Notes under the pieces: generated by a model
Databases searched by the model: none
Seen by the model: only the letters and a program-made list of their open reading frames with translations
What the model was told of the DNA's origin: nothing
Source of the DNA: Candidatus Eiseniibacteriota bacterium
GTDB taxonomy: Bacteria > Eisenbacteria > RBG-16-71-46 > CAIMUX01 > VGJL01
Reading direction: 5' to 3'
Length of the DNA: 64,000 nucleotides
Assembly: GCA_041946735.1 (NCBI GenBank)
Contig: JBHGAY010000009.1
Location: 1-64,000 of the forward strand
Translations under genes and position numbers: made by a program
In this document: positions 10,001 through 19,602 of the stretch, piece after piece
Layout: each line of letters opens with the position of its first letter
How positions within the stretch are numbered: position 1 is the stretch's first letter

Positions 10001-10175
10001 AGGCGGGATCGTTGCCCAGTAGTCCCAGGGCCCGCTCGAACGACTCGATGGCGGATTGCAGGTCGTCGGCGAGCATCTGCATCTCGCCGAGGGCGATCGC
10101 CTGCCCGAACCCGTTTCCGCTACGAGTCTCGTTCCCCACCTGCCGTGGATGGGAGCTAGCGTGATGCGCGTCCAT
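7080..10175 (-). CDS. TPR-repeat sigma54-dependent transcriptional activator (bEBP) with Fis-type HTH
   Basis: Many TPR-like helices (ALNNLGVLL, SLNLGILY, AHLALGNV), a GAF-like region, GETGTGKG, ESELFGHVQGAFTGA, LFLDEV, WRGNVREL and C-terminal GNKSEASRRLRLS. No receiver domain. Confidence 0.92.
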   Translation of the reverse strand: MDAHHASSHPRQVGNETRSGNGFGQAIALGEMQMLADDLQSAIESFERALGLLGNDPAWRRERAEARFRIAECHRRRAEYGEALAELHRVRQSIDPEIDRDLEAKLLGRTGMVHNLMGEHRLAESECGKAYEVLRAGNDNEEIGLLELTLGNTAYRTGQFDRAREFYESALFTFRRIDHREGIARALNNLGVLLKSGPRWREALDYMQRALAVSEEAGNLPGIASHSLNLGILYTKRCDWTSALQALSRALLTFREIDNSAAVANAHLALGNVKHRLGQKKSAASHYHQALDMARKHGYRRESVLALEFLAESAVQDGSLAEARNLLHDALTQAESIAPEGDLVCEIQRRLAEEALQRGDAVASIRWATDAARIAIRIHNDCERGAALRVLGEAAWESGRPERALKFLKRSCDALASTPDVYEETLSRIRYAALLLESARLAPHDVPPSPGALEMLEPIWEVVTKLDIVRIAPEFVDVHARALMAEGDLEGALRSLDRGLALLETQGLTDGRDRLAALKQELAENQAECLLGTTEEFQILQEFTPLDTQPGGGRDALQRLLEQMAGRLRVDRALLGVGPSLERLRAEAGIGFDRPAAALRALDPLLRASLKNGRTIWLGGRSSPGVLHPLHADRWRPEGPFVVLRLRPSEGLWGIVMAERGGSAEAFGSRDLRLLSLFGSLISVTVAAREQYARDRSEQEAVSREGDAFSGFLTVDSNMRQLLTLLRRVSDSEANILLTGETGTGKGLLARCIHEASRRRSAPFVQVNCAALPEQLLESELFGHVQGAFTGAIRTKRGLIEEAEGGTLFLDEVDRAHRNVQAKLLHVLDRREFRPVGETRSKTANVRILCATNTDLSAAIREGLFLEDLYYRLNDFQFHIPPLRERREDIPVLVRRFQSRFTQEMDRRPAGVTREVLRRLMDHDWRGNVRELEKCVRRLVVLSEDGEWIGPDLLPPEVLGRLEERSGEPHTLREAVAQLETELIRTALHDCGGNKSEASRRLRLSYPALLEKIRRYGLEDLETRKRSKKSS

Positions 10176-10187
10176 GCACCTTCCGGG

Positions 10188-10442
10188 TCAGGGCAACAGA
10201 GCTTCGAGGAGATCGCGAATGATCGGCGGCAATTTGTCGACCCAGTCCGGATCCCCGTCTTGATTCTGCTGCCCTCCTCCTCCAGCAAGAGTATCGGGTT
10301 GTCCGGACTTGCAGTTGTCCAAGGGATTCTGCCCTGTGATCGGTTGCCCGGCGTCCGCAGACAGCTCTCCGGCAAGAGCGACGAGCATGGCGACGAGGAT
10401 GAGAATCCGGACAGGCAGGAGGCAAGAGTTTCTGGCCTGCAC
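10188..10442 (-). CDS. small secreted protein/peptide precursor (84 aa)
   Basis: AAGGAG RBS 6 nt before a GTG. Sequence MQARNSCLLPVRILILVAMLVALAGELSADAG...GGGGQQNQDGDPDWVDKLPPIIRDLLEALLP, with a signal-peptide-like N-terminus. The stop is 12 nt before the bEBP start. Confidence 0.65.
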   Translation of the reverse strand: MQARNSCLLPVRILILVAMLVALAGELSADAGQPITGQNPLDNCKSGQPDTLAGGGGQQNQDGDPDWVDKLPPIIRDLLEALLP

Positions 10443-10623
10443 GACGAACTCCTTTTTGGCGCCTGCCCCTGGGCGCTCAGAGCTGCGTGCCGGGGGACCT
10501 CCCACAGCGTCTCGAGGCAGGTTTACTCGCATAAAGTGTCCATCCGAGCCGCCGCTTTCGTCAAGTGGGAACGCTGCTCAGGCCGTTCTGAGACCCCGAT
10601 CGAGATCGTGATAGGGTGGGCGG

Positions 10624-11667
10624 ATGCAAGCTCGCACGACCAACCTTTTCGGTCTCGGACCCGCGGACATCGCCGCCCTGCCCGAGTTCGAGGGCCAGCC
10701 TCGGTTTCGCTCCCAGCAGCTGGCGAGGTGGATGTACGACCGGCTGACAACGAGCTTCGAGTCGATGACCGACCTGTCCCGGCAGCTCCGAAGCATGCTG
10801 GAGGCGCGATACAGGGTCGAGCGGCTGGCCGCGACGAAGGCGACGGTCGCCGCGGATGACGGGGCGACGAAGTTCCTCTTCCCGCTCGAAGGCAGTCTCG
10901 CCGTCGAGGCGGTCTGGATCCGCGACGGCAGGCGCGACACCTTCTGCGTCTCCTCCCAGGCCGGCTGCGCCTACGCCTGCTCGTTCTGCGCGACCGCCTC
11001 GATGAAGGCTGGGCGGAACCTGACGACCGGCGAGATCCTGAGCCAGGTCGCCTGGCTGCGGGAGGCCCTGGCCGAGCGCGGTCCGATCCCCGTGCACAAC
11101 ATCGTGTTCATGGGGATGGGCGAGCCACTGGCCAACTACGACGCCGTTGCCGGCGCCATCCGGATCCTGACCGGTTCTCCCGGCTACGGTGTCGCCGCCC
11201 GGCGGATCACGGTCTCCACCGTGGGACTCGAACCGGAAATCCGCAGGCTGGCGGAGGAGCCGGCCGGGGTGCGGCTTGCGTTCAGCCTGAACGCAACGAC
11301 CGACGAGGTCCGCTCGGAGATCATGCCTGTCAACCGGAAGTATCCGTTCCGGAAGGTCTTCGACGCGCTCCGGCTCTATCAGGACCGCAAGGGGATGCCG
11401 GTGACGTTGGAGTACGTCCTGCTGAGGGGAGTGAACGACTCGGCTGATGATGCGCGTAGGCTTGCGGGATTCGCTCGATCGCTCCAGTGCAAGGTCAACC
11501 TGATCGGCTTCAACCCTCATCCGTTCTCCTCCCACCAGCCGGTCGGCAGGGAGCGGACCGAGCTTTTCCGTAGCTGGATGCTGCCGATCGCCTCGACCGT
11601 GACCGTCCGGTGGAGCAAGGGGCGGGAAATCGAGGCGGCGTGCGGTCAGCTTGCCTCCTCCCGATGA
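10624..11667 (+). CDS. rlmN: 23S rRNA (adenine(2503)-C2)-methyltransferase, radical SAM
   Basis: CVSSQAGCAYACSFCAT, FMGMGEPL, ITVSTVG and AACGQL. Confidence 0.95.
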   Translation: MQARTTNLFGLGPADIAALPEFEGQPRFRSQQLARWMYDRLTTSFESMTDLSRQLRSMLEARYRVERLAATKATVAADDGATKFLFPLEGSLAVEAVWIRDGRRDTFCVSSQAGCAYACSFCATASMKAGRNLTTGEILSQVAWLREALAERGPIPVHNIVFMGMGEPLANYDAVAGAIRILTGSPGYGVAARRITVSTVGLEPEIRRLAEEPAGVRLAFSLNATTDEVRSEIMPVNRKYPFRKVFDALRLYQDRKGMPVTLEYVLLRGVNDSADDARRLAGFARSLQCKVNLIGFNPHPFSSHQPVGRERTELFRSWMLPIASTVTVRWSKGREIEAACGQLASSR

Positions 11668-11674
11668 GGGCGGG

Positions 11675-12763
11675 TCAGCGAAGGATTCGGACCGGCAGTG
11701 CGCGGCCACGCGCCCCTTCGATCGAGGCGAAGTAGACGCCCGAGGCGAGCTGCTGGCCTGTCCCGCTCCGTCCATCCCAGAGCAGCTCGTAATGCCCCGC
11801 CCCGGTCGCCGTCCATCCCGTGAGGATCCGCACGAGGCGCCCGGAGGCGTCATGGAGCCGGACGACGGGGCTCGTATCCCCTGCGTCCAGAATGAGGGAG
11901 AGCCTTCGCCCGGACGGCAGCGGGTTTGGATAGAGCTTCGCGCGAAGGCCGGCATCCGAAAGGAGGGCCGGGTCGGGCAGCAGGCCGAGGAAGAATGCCT
12001 GAAGACCCGGGACTTCGTCCGGTTCGGGAAGATCCAGGTTCTCGATCGCTCCCGCGTTCCGAGCGAGCTCGCCTCCAAAGAACCAGCGGAAGTCCTCGGC
12101 GAAGATCTCGTGCGGGCGGTCACGGTGCACCGCTCCCGCGTGGAACCGGTTCTCGTCCTCGATCCCCCTCACGGTGCGATACTCGTCCCACCCCTGCAAA
12201 TCGCTGTCGGGGATCAGGATGGCATGGACCAGATGACCGACCTCGTGGGCCACGAGGAAGGAGACCTGACGGGGATCCAAGGCGAGGACCGTGGGAGAGA
12301 GGTAGAGAATCCCGTCGCTCGCCCAGGATCCGAGGGGCTCCGCGACCGGGTACGGCAGGATCCAGATGTCGAAGCGAAGGTCGTGCAGGAAGGCGGGGTC
12401 GATCTGCTCAAGGGCTTCCCTCACCTGGTCGGGCGTGACGCAGTGAAAGCGACCGTCGCCCCGGTTCTGGATTCGGTCGTCATCCACCGAGGTGACGAAG
12501 GGACGGCGCGAGCCGTCGCCATCCCGGAGGTAGAGAAGTCCGTCGGAACCAGTAAAGCTTTGCTGCCCAAGGACATCTGCTGGAGTGAGGATGCGGATGT
12601 TCGCCATCTGCCCGGCATGCGTCGCGGCGGGCTGGAGGAACGGCAGGATCAAGGCGAGGGACAGGACGGTGAGTACTGTGATGAGCGAGTGGCGGGTCGA
12701 GTCGTCGGAACGGTTTGCCAAGGGAACCTCCCCGGGGGCACCTTGCGTGCCAACCTGTCTCAT
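11675..12763 (-). CDS. secreted putative zinc metalloprotease with a C-terminal FlgD-Ig/T9SS-like sorting domain
   Basis: Signal-like hydrophobic stretch, AHEVGH plus a downstream EIFAEDF, and C-terminal YPNP...DASGRLVR...WDGR...ASGVYF. Start uncertain. Confidence 0.7.
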   Translation of the reverse strand: MRQVGTQGAPGEVPLANRSDDSTRHSLITVLTVLSLALILPFLQPAATHAGQMANIRILTPADVLGQQSFTGSDGLLYLRDGDGSRRPFVTSVDDDRIQNRGDGRFHCVTPDQVREALEQIDPAFLHDLRFDIWILPYPVAEPLGSWASDGILYLSPTVLALDPRQVSFLVAHEVGHLVHAILIPDSDLQGWDEYRTVRGIEDENRFHAGAVHRDRPHEIFAEDFRWFFGGELARNAGAIENLDLPEPDEVPGLQAFFLGLLPDPALLSDAGLRAKLYPNPLPSGRRLSLILDAGDTSPVVRLHDASGRLVRILTGWTATGAGHYELLWDGRSGTGQQLASGVYFASIEGARGRALPVRILR

Positions 12764-12852
12764 TTGGTTGACACAAGAGTAGCAGCATCCGGGAAGGCAG
12801 ACAAGCAGCTAAATCGGCAGATACGGAGTTTATGACGGTCCGGAGGGGTAGC

Positions 12853-12883
12853 GCCAGCCGCCGGAGGCGCTCCGGCGGCTGGC
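12853..12883. terminator. GC-rich hairpin at the 3' end of the ECF operon
   Basis: CCAGCCGCCGGAG-GCG-CTCCGGCGGCTGG inverted repeat with no strong U-tract. Confidence 0.45.
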
Positions 12884-12923
12884 ATGATTCCGGCCCTCCG
12901 AGGAGGGCAGGAGGGTCAGGCGG

Positions 12924-13997
12924 TCAGGCGGTAGGGCTCTTCGGCTGCGCCGGCATCTGAGGGCCGGTCACCGGGAAGCCTGTCGGGGTCTCGGCGTCTG
13001 ACCGCATGCCGAGCCGGGTGAGAACCAGGCTTCCGAATCCCGTGAAGAGAAGGACCGCCCAAGCCACGTTGAGGATCGTCTGAAGCGATCGGCCGACGAA
13101 GTCCGCGGACCCGCTCGCCAGCAGCCGCGCGAGGATCTGGATCACGAACAGCGCGCCGAGACCGGCCGCGAGCGTGGCCGCCCACGACGCGTTGTCGGTC
13201 ACGCGGCGTCGCAGGATCAGCTCCCCCAGGAGACTCACGGCTACCGCCCCGGCTCCGACAACGGCGAGACCGACGACCAGCATCCCGGGGATTGCGACCA
13301 GGATGCCGATGCAGGTGATGCAGAGCAGGACGAAGACGACGAAGATCCCGAGTAGCGAACCGAATCCCACGACCAGGCTCAACCAGAAGCGGGAGCGGAC
13401 GGAGCCGCGCACCGCGAGAATCCGCTTCGGCATCGCAAGGAAGAGGATCATTCCGACTGCGAAACAGCCCGCGTAGCGGAGGAAGTCCCACCACAGGTTG
13501 GCCGGGCCCCCTTCTCCGTGGTGTTCGCGTGCGCCCGCAGCTTTCGCCACCCATCGGGCGAAGCCGCTCGGCAGTCCCCCCACGCTCACGTTCTGTCCCC
13601 GGACGATCGCCCCTTCTTGCTTCTCCATCATGCCGCCCACGCTCACCGCGTCCTTCTCCACGACGGCCGTGGGCTTCAAGACCAGGCTGCCTCCGACGCA
13701 GACGACATCGCCTTTCACGTGCCCCGCAACCGTCACGGTCCCCCCGATCACGACGACATCTCCATCGATGGTCTCGCCCTCCTCGATGGAGATGTTCTCC
13801 CCCATCCGGACGATCGCGTTCGACTCGCTCGGACCGCCGCTCTCCCATGTGGCGGCGGAGTCGATGACGACCGCCGCCGTGTCGGGGTCGGCGTCGACGT
13901 CGACGTCGATCTTGAGCCGATCCGCATGGGCCGGGTCCCCGGGGGGCGCGACCAGCGGAACGGCCAGGAACAGGACTCGAAGGATGGCGCGCCGCAT
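12924..13997 (-). CDS. membrane protein with a polymer-forming (bactofilin-like) beta-helix and multiple TM helices
   Basis: GDVVVIGGTVTVAGHVKGDVVCVGGSL repeats followed by about 5 TM segments. Typical third gene of ECF/anti-sigma operons. Confidence 0.65.
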   Translation of the reverse strand: MRRAILRVLFLAVPLVAPPGDPAHADRLKIDVDVDADPDTAAVVIDSAATWESGGPSESNAIVRMGENISIEEGETIDGDVVVIGGTVTVAGHVKGDVVCVGGSLVLKPTAVVEKDAVSVGGMMEKQEGAIVRGQNVSVGGLPSGFARWVAKAAGAREHHGEGGPANLWWDFLRYAGCFAVGMILFLAMPKRILAVRGSVRSRFWLSLVVGFGSLLGIFVVFVLLCITCIGILVAIPGMLVVGLAVVGAGAVAVSLLGELILRRRVTDNASWAATLAAGLGALFVIQILARLLASGSADFVGRSLQTILNVAWAVLLFTGFGSLVLTRLGMRSDAETPTGFPVTGPQMPAQPKSPTA

Positions 13998-14019
13998 GCC
14001 GCGCGCCCCGGCTAGCCTT

Positions 14020-14646
14020 CTACGAGTGTTCCACATGGCCGATCTTCTCCCTTCCGATCGAAGCGATGAATCTCCCAAGCACGAGCAATGTCGCCAGGGC
14101 CAGGGCAACGGAGTCCCAGCGGACCTGGCCCGGCAAAACCCGAACGACCTCCGCCATGGCCCGGCCCACCTTCTCGAAGAGGAGGAGGAGCTGAACCGCG
14201 AGCCGCAGCAGCGGCCCGACGGCGTCGATCTGCGTGATTCCCGCGGAAAGCCATTCGAGAAGCTCGCCGGCCCCTCTCAGCGCCTGATGAGCGAAGCCCC
14301 CGAAGGCCTGCAGCAGAGAGTTGCGGAAGAGACCGAGGAGAACTCCCGCGACGATTCCGGAGACGGCCGCCGCCAACGGCAGCCGAGTCGCCGGATCGCC
14401 CAGCCCCGAGAGGGCGCCCTCCTCGGACGGAGCGGAGCCGAGGCGGGCCAGAACCGCCTGCGGAATGCCGTCCGGGACGGGCACGCGGGGCATCGCCGCC
14501 AGGTCGCCGAACAGCTCCTGGAACTGCTCGACCTCGAGGCGGCAGCGGGAACAGCCTGCCAGATGATCGCGATGACGGGCTGCCTCTTCCCCCCGCATCT
14601 CCCCCAGGGCGAACTCCTGGTTTCGAATCGGGTCACAGCCTTGCAT
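14020..14646 (-). CDS. zf-HC2 anti-sigma factor
   Basis: HLAGCSRC (HxxxCxxC) followed by TM segments; directly downstream of the ECF sigma. Confidence 0.8.
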   Translation of the reverse strand: MQGCDPIRNQEFALGEMRGEEAARHRDHLAGCSRCRLEVEQFQELFGDLAAMPRVPVPDGIPQAVLARLGSAPSEEGALSGLGDPATRLPLAAAVSGIVAGVLLGLFRNSLLQAFGGFAHQALRGAGELLEWLSAGITQIDAVGPLLRLAVQLLLLFEKVGRAMAEVVRVLPGQVRWDSVALALATLLVLGRFIASIGREKIGHVEHS

Positions 14647-15280
14647 CGTCCTGTCCTCCCTCATTTCCTACCTGCCGGGTCCGGCCCGCCTCCTGCGCCT
14701 TCTCGGCCTCTTTGGCCGCGCGCAGGGAGGCGGCCTCCCGGAAGTACAGCGAGCGCAACTCCTCGTGGGACCGGAAGAGCTTCGACTTCACGGTCCCGAT
14801 CGAGAGCCCTAGGATCCTCGCGATCTCGGGAAACTCCAGTTGCTCGGAATGGCGGAGGTAGAGAACAGCCCGATAGTCCGGCCGTAGCTCCGATACGAGC
14901 CGCCAGAGCCGCTCCACCTTGGATCGTTCCTGCCGCTGCTCGTCGATCGCCACCCGAGGATCGGGCGGGAACGGGGAGCCGGAGGGAACCGGTCTTCGGC
15001 GGATCTGCCGGCGCCGGCTGAGATCGGCCACAAGGTTACGGGTGATGCGGAAGATCCAGATCTGGAACGGCTGCTTGGGATCGAGCTTCCGGACATGGCG
15101 CAGGGTCCGGACGAAGGCTTCCTGGGTGATGTCCTTCGCCTCGTCCCGGTCTCCGGTGAGTTGGTAGGCGAACTGGAACACTGCCTCCTGGTGGCGGCGG
15201 ATGAGTTGGTCGATCGCATCGCGTTCCCCCTTCCTGCACCGCAGGATGAGTTCGGCGTCCTGTGGCGGGCGTTCCCTCAT
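14633..15280 (-). CDS. ECF RNA polymerase sigma factor
   Basis: DAELILRC...AKDITQEAFVR...WIFRITRN...EIARILGLSIGTVKSKLFR. Confidence 0.92.
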   Translation of the reverse strand: MRERPPQDAELILRCRKGERDAIDQLIRRHQEAVFQFAYQLTGDRDEAKDITQEAFVRTLRHVRKLDPKQPFQIWIFRITRNLVADLSRRRQIRRRPVPSGSPFPPDPRVAIDEQRQERSKVERLWRLVSELRPDYRAVLYLRHSEQLEFPEIARILGLSIGTVKSKLFRSHEELRSLYFREAASLRAAKEAEKAQEAGRTRQVGNEGGQDDARL

Positions 15281-15390
15281 CCCGAGCTCCTGGTTTCCAT
15301 GAGCCCTACGCACGAGCAGGGTGAAAGGTTGCGAACGACCCCTCCGTGACGCGCCGGGGAGGCGCGCGATCGAAACCGCATGGAATCTAA

Positions 15391-16785
<1,395 letters not shown>

Positions 16786-16808
16786 GAAGGCGGACGACCG
16801 GAGGCGAC

Positions 16809-17276
16809 GTGAAACGTAGCTACGACCCGTGGTCGAATCCGGAGCTCGTGCGTCCGGGCGCCCCGATCGGACGCGCATGGCGTTCGGGGCGCCGGAAGGT
16901 GCTCGTCTTCCTCGTCCTCTCTGCCGTCGCGTACGCGGCTTACTCGGCGATCGGCGGAGAGCACGGCTTCCTCCGTTTGCGTGCCCTTCACGCCGACGAA
17001 GTTCGGCTCGAGCGCGAGATCGCCGCGAGCGAGGACCGGGTTCGAGCGCTGCAGGGCGACCTGAAGGAGATCGATCGGACGATCGAGGAGCGGGCGCGGA
17101 CGACCTTCGAGATGGCGACGCCACGGGAGATGATCTACGAGGTCGTGGAGGACTCCGCGGTGGCGCGGCCGGCGGCTGGCGGTGAGAGCGAGATCGATGG
17201 ACCGGGGGAAGGGGCGGCTCCCTCCGAGGGCGAAGCGAGTCCCGGGCCGAGCGAACGACGGGAGGGCCATCCTTGA
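16809..17276 (+). CDS. ftsB: septum formation initiator (FtsB/DivIC family)
   Basis: Single TM, GEHGF, coiled coil and IEERAR...EMIY. Follows eno, a common gene order. Confidence 0.72.
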   Translation: MKRSYDPWSNPELVRPGAPIGRAWRSGRRKVLVFLVLSAVAYAAYSAIGGEHGFLRLRALHADEVRLEREIAASEDRVRALQGDLKEIDRTIEERARTTFEMATPREMIYEVVEDSAVARPAAGGESEIDGPGEGAAPSEGEASPGPSERREGHP

Positions 17277-17301
17277 CACACCGCGGGCCGGATGGTACAA
17301 A
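17273..17301 (+). promoter_or_regulatory. sigma70-type promoter of the tRNA
   Basis: TTGACA-N17-TACAAA, 11 nt upstream of the tRNA. Confidence 0.7.
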
Positions 17302-17312
17302 GAACGGGCCAT

Positions 17313-17389
<77 letters not shown>

Positions 17390-17397
17390 AGTAAGTC

Positions 17398-17430
17398 GAG
17401 GGGTCACGGCGAGTAGGGCCGTGACCCCTC
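17398..17430 (+). terminator. hairpin downstream of the tRNA
   Basis: GAGGGGTCACGGC / GCCGTGACCCCTC 13-bp inverted repeat. Confidence 0.6.
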
Positions 17431-17747
17431 GCGCATATATCCCTCGCATTCCCACGCAAGAGCCGCCGCCTACGATTCGAGCCCGGAATTCCAGCGCGGG
17501 GCCGGGCGAGGCTCTTGAGCGTGCCACAGCACTTCGCACCGGGATCCGACCATCATGCCGGCGGCGGTTGCCGCCGCTGGCTTCCCCGCACCAGACACCA
17601 GCCGCGCCGCGATGTTTCGGCTCCTCGATGGCGAGGAGAACGTGCTATCGTCTTCTGGCGCCGCTATAGCGTTGGGCGCGGCCCACTCGGCGCCCAGCCG
17701 GACGATCCTTCCGGATCGTCCACCGGTTCTCACGGAAGGAAGGCCCC

Positions 17748-19481
17748 ATGATCCTTCGCAACCTCTGTCTTCCGGTTCTACTTCTCGCCATCGCCATCGT
17801 CCTCGTGACCGTGAGCAGCTCGACGGCCTGGGCGCTGTGGCCCACCGACCCGGCCGTGAACCTCGCGATCACGGACAGGCCCGGGGAGGAGGTGGTTCCC
17901 AAGATGGCCGCGACGTCGGACGGCGGGTGCTACATCGCCTGGTTCGATGGTCCGGCGGGACTGTATACCGTGCGCATGCAGCGGCTCGACGCTCTCGGAA
18001 ACGAGGTCTGGCCGCACAACGGGATCCTGGTCAGCGACAATCCGCAATCCAGCTCGTTGGTCGATTGGGATCTCGACTGCGACAGGGACGATCACGCCGT
18101 TCTCGTCTTCACCGACACGCGAGACGGGGAGGACCTCGACGTCTTCGCGTACCGCATCGGACCCGACGGCTCCTTCGATTGGGGGCCGGACGGGATCCAG
18201 CTCTCCGCGGACGCGATCTTCGAGCCCAGCCCCCAGTGCGCCGCCTTGCCCGACGGCGATGCTGTCTTCGCATGGCCGTGGCTCCCGGATACAGGAGTCG
18301 GCGCCATTCTCATTCAGAAGGTCTCCCCCGAGGGAACCGTGCGGTTCGACCCGCCCGTCCGCATCGATGGAGGCGGGACGAACGAGCGGCCAGCGTTCTG
18401 CGACGTGGTCGCCGCCGGTTCCTCCCAGTTCATCGTTGGATACGTGCGAGACATTCGGACCTTCCAGTCTCCACGTCACCTGCGCGCGATGAAGTTCGCA
18501 GCGGATGGGTCGAAGCTCTGGAACGGGGGCGTTCCCCTGAACGTCTTCGAGCAGACGTCCCTGCCGATCGCATACCAGCCGATCGTCCAGAGCGACGAGG
18601 CGGGAGGAGCGATCTTCTGCTGGCACTACAGCGACGGCAACCTCTATCACAGCGCGGTCCAGCGCGTGGTGACGGGCGGAACCGAGATCTTCCCCCACAA
18701 CGGAGTGCAGCTCTCGCTGGCCCCGGGCGTCTTTCACATCGAGCCGACGATCTGCTTCCGCCCGGGCGAGGATGAGATCATCGCGTTCTGGCAGACGCGA
18801 AGCAGCAACCAGGACCGATGGGGAGTCTCGACGCAGAAGATCACGGCGGTCGGAAACCGCGCATGGACGGACAACGGGCGCGTCCTGGTCCCGATGGACG
18901 AGATCTACGAAGGACAGCCGCGCTGCACCCGGATGGCGGACGGCGCCTGCGTCGTCTACTTCGACGAGCCGACCGGATCGCAGGTGCAGGACCGGGTGAT
19001 GGCGATGCGGGTCGACGCCAATGGATCCCTCGTCTGGGGCGCCGATCCCATGCCCGTTTCGTCGATCTACAGCGACAAGGGAAGGCTACCGGTCGTGATG
19101 CGTCCCGACGAGAAGGTGATCGCGCTTTGGGAGGACAACCGAGCGGGATCGATCGACCTCTACGCGCAGCTCCTGAACCCGGACGGAACGCTCGGCATTT
19201 CGGCCGGATCGGTGCCGGACGTCGGCGCGGTGCCCGCGCTGGCGGGCAGCTTCCCGAACCCATTCCACTCGACGACGCAGATCCTCTTGTCGGGACCGGC
19301 GGGATCGGACCTGCGGCTCTACGACGCGCAAGGCCGGCTCGTGCGCACTCTCGCCTCGCCCGGCGCGCGCGTTCTCTGGGACGGCACGGACGATCGGGGC
19401 GCTCCGGTGCCCGGCGGCGTGTACCTGTACCGGATCGACGGCGGAGGAGAGACGGGACGAGTCGTGCTCGTGCGCCGGTAG
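17748..19481 (+). CDS. secreted beta-rich repeat protein with a C-terminal FlgD-Ig/T9SS-like domain
   Basis: Signal peptide, repeated 'DG.GG..IAW...QR...G...W' units, and a tail FPNPF...YDAQGRLVR...WDGTD...GVYL. Confidence 0.75.
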   Translation: MILRNLCLPVLLLAIAIVLVTVSSSTAWALWPTDPAVNLAITDRPGEEVVPKMAATSDGGCYIAWFDGPAGLYTVRMQRLDALGNEVWPHNGILVSDNPQSSSLVDWDLDCDRDDHAVLVFTDTRDGEDLDVFAYRIGPDGSFDWGPDGIQLSADAIFEPSPQCAALPDGDAVFAWPWLPDTGVGAILIQKVSPEGTVRFDPPVRIDGGGTNERPAFCDVVAAGSSQFIVGYVRDIRTFQSPRHLRAMKFAADGSKLWNGGVPLNVFEQTSLPIAYQPIVQSDEAGGAIFCWHYSDGNLYHSAVQRVVTGGTEIFPHNGVQLSLAPGVFHIEPTICFRPGEDEIIAFWQTRSSNQDRWGVSTQKITAVGNRAWTDNGRVLVPMDEIYEGQPRCTRMADGACVVYFDEPTGSQVQDRVMAMRVDANGSLVWGADPMPVSSIYSDKGRLPVVMRPDEKVIALWEDNRAGSIDLYAQLLNPDGTLGISAGSVPDVGAVPALAGSFPNPFHSTTQILLSGPAGSDLRLYDAQGRLVRTLASPGARVLWDGTDDRGAPVPGGVYLYRIDGGGETGRVVLVRR

Positions 19482-19602
19482 GCGCTTCTGCGCGGCGCTC
19501 GCTCGCTGCCCGATCCTCGTGGTCCGCTTGCGCGCCGTTCGCTTCCGCGCCCGGCCGGCCATCGTCGCCGGCCGGGCGCGGTCGCTGCCGCAAGTCGCCG
19601 GC

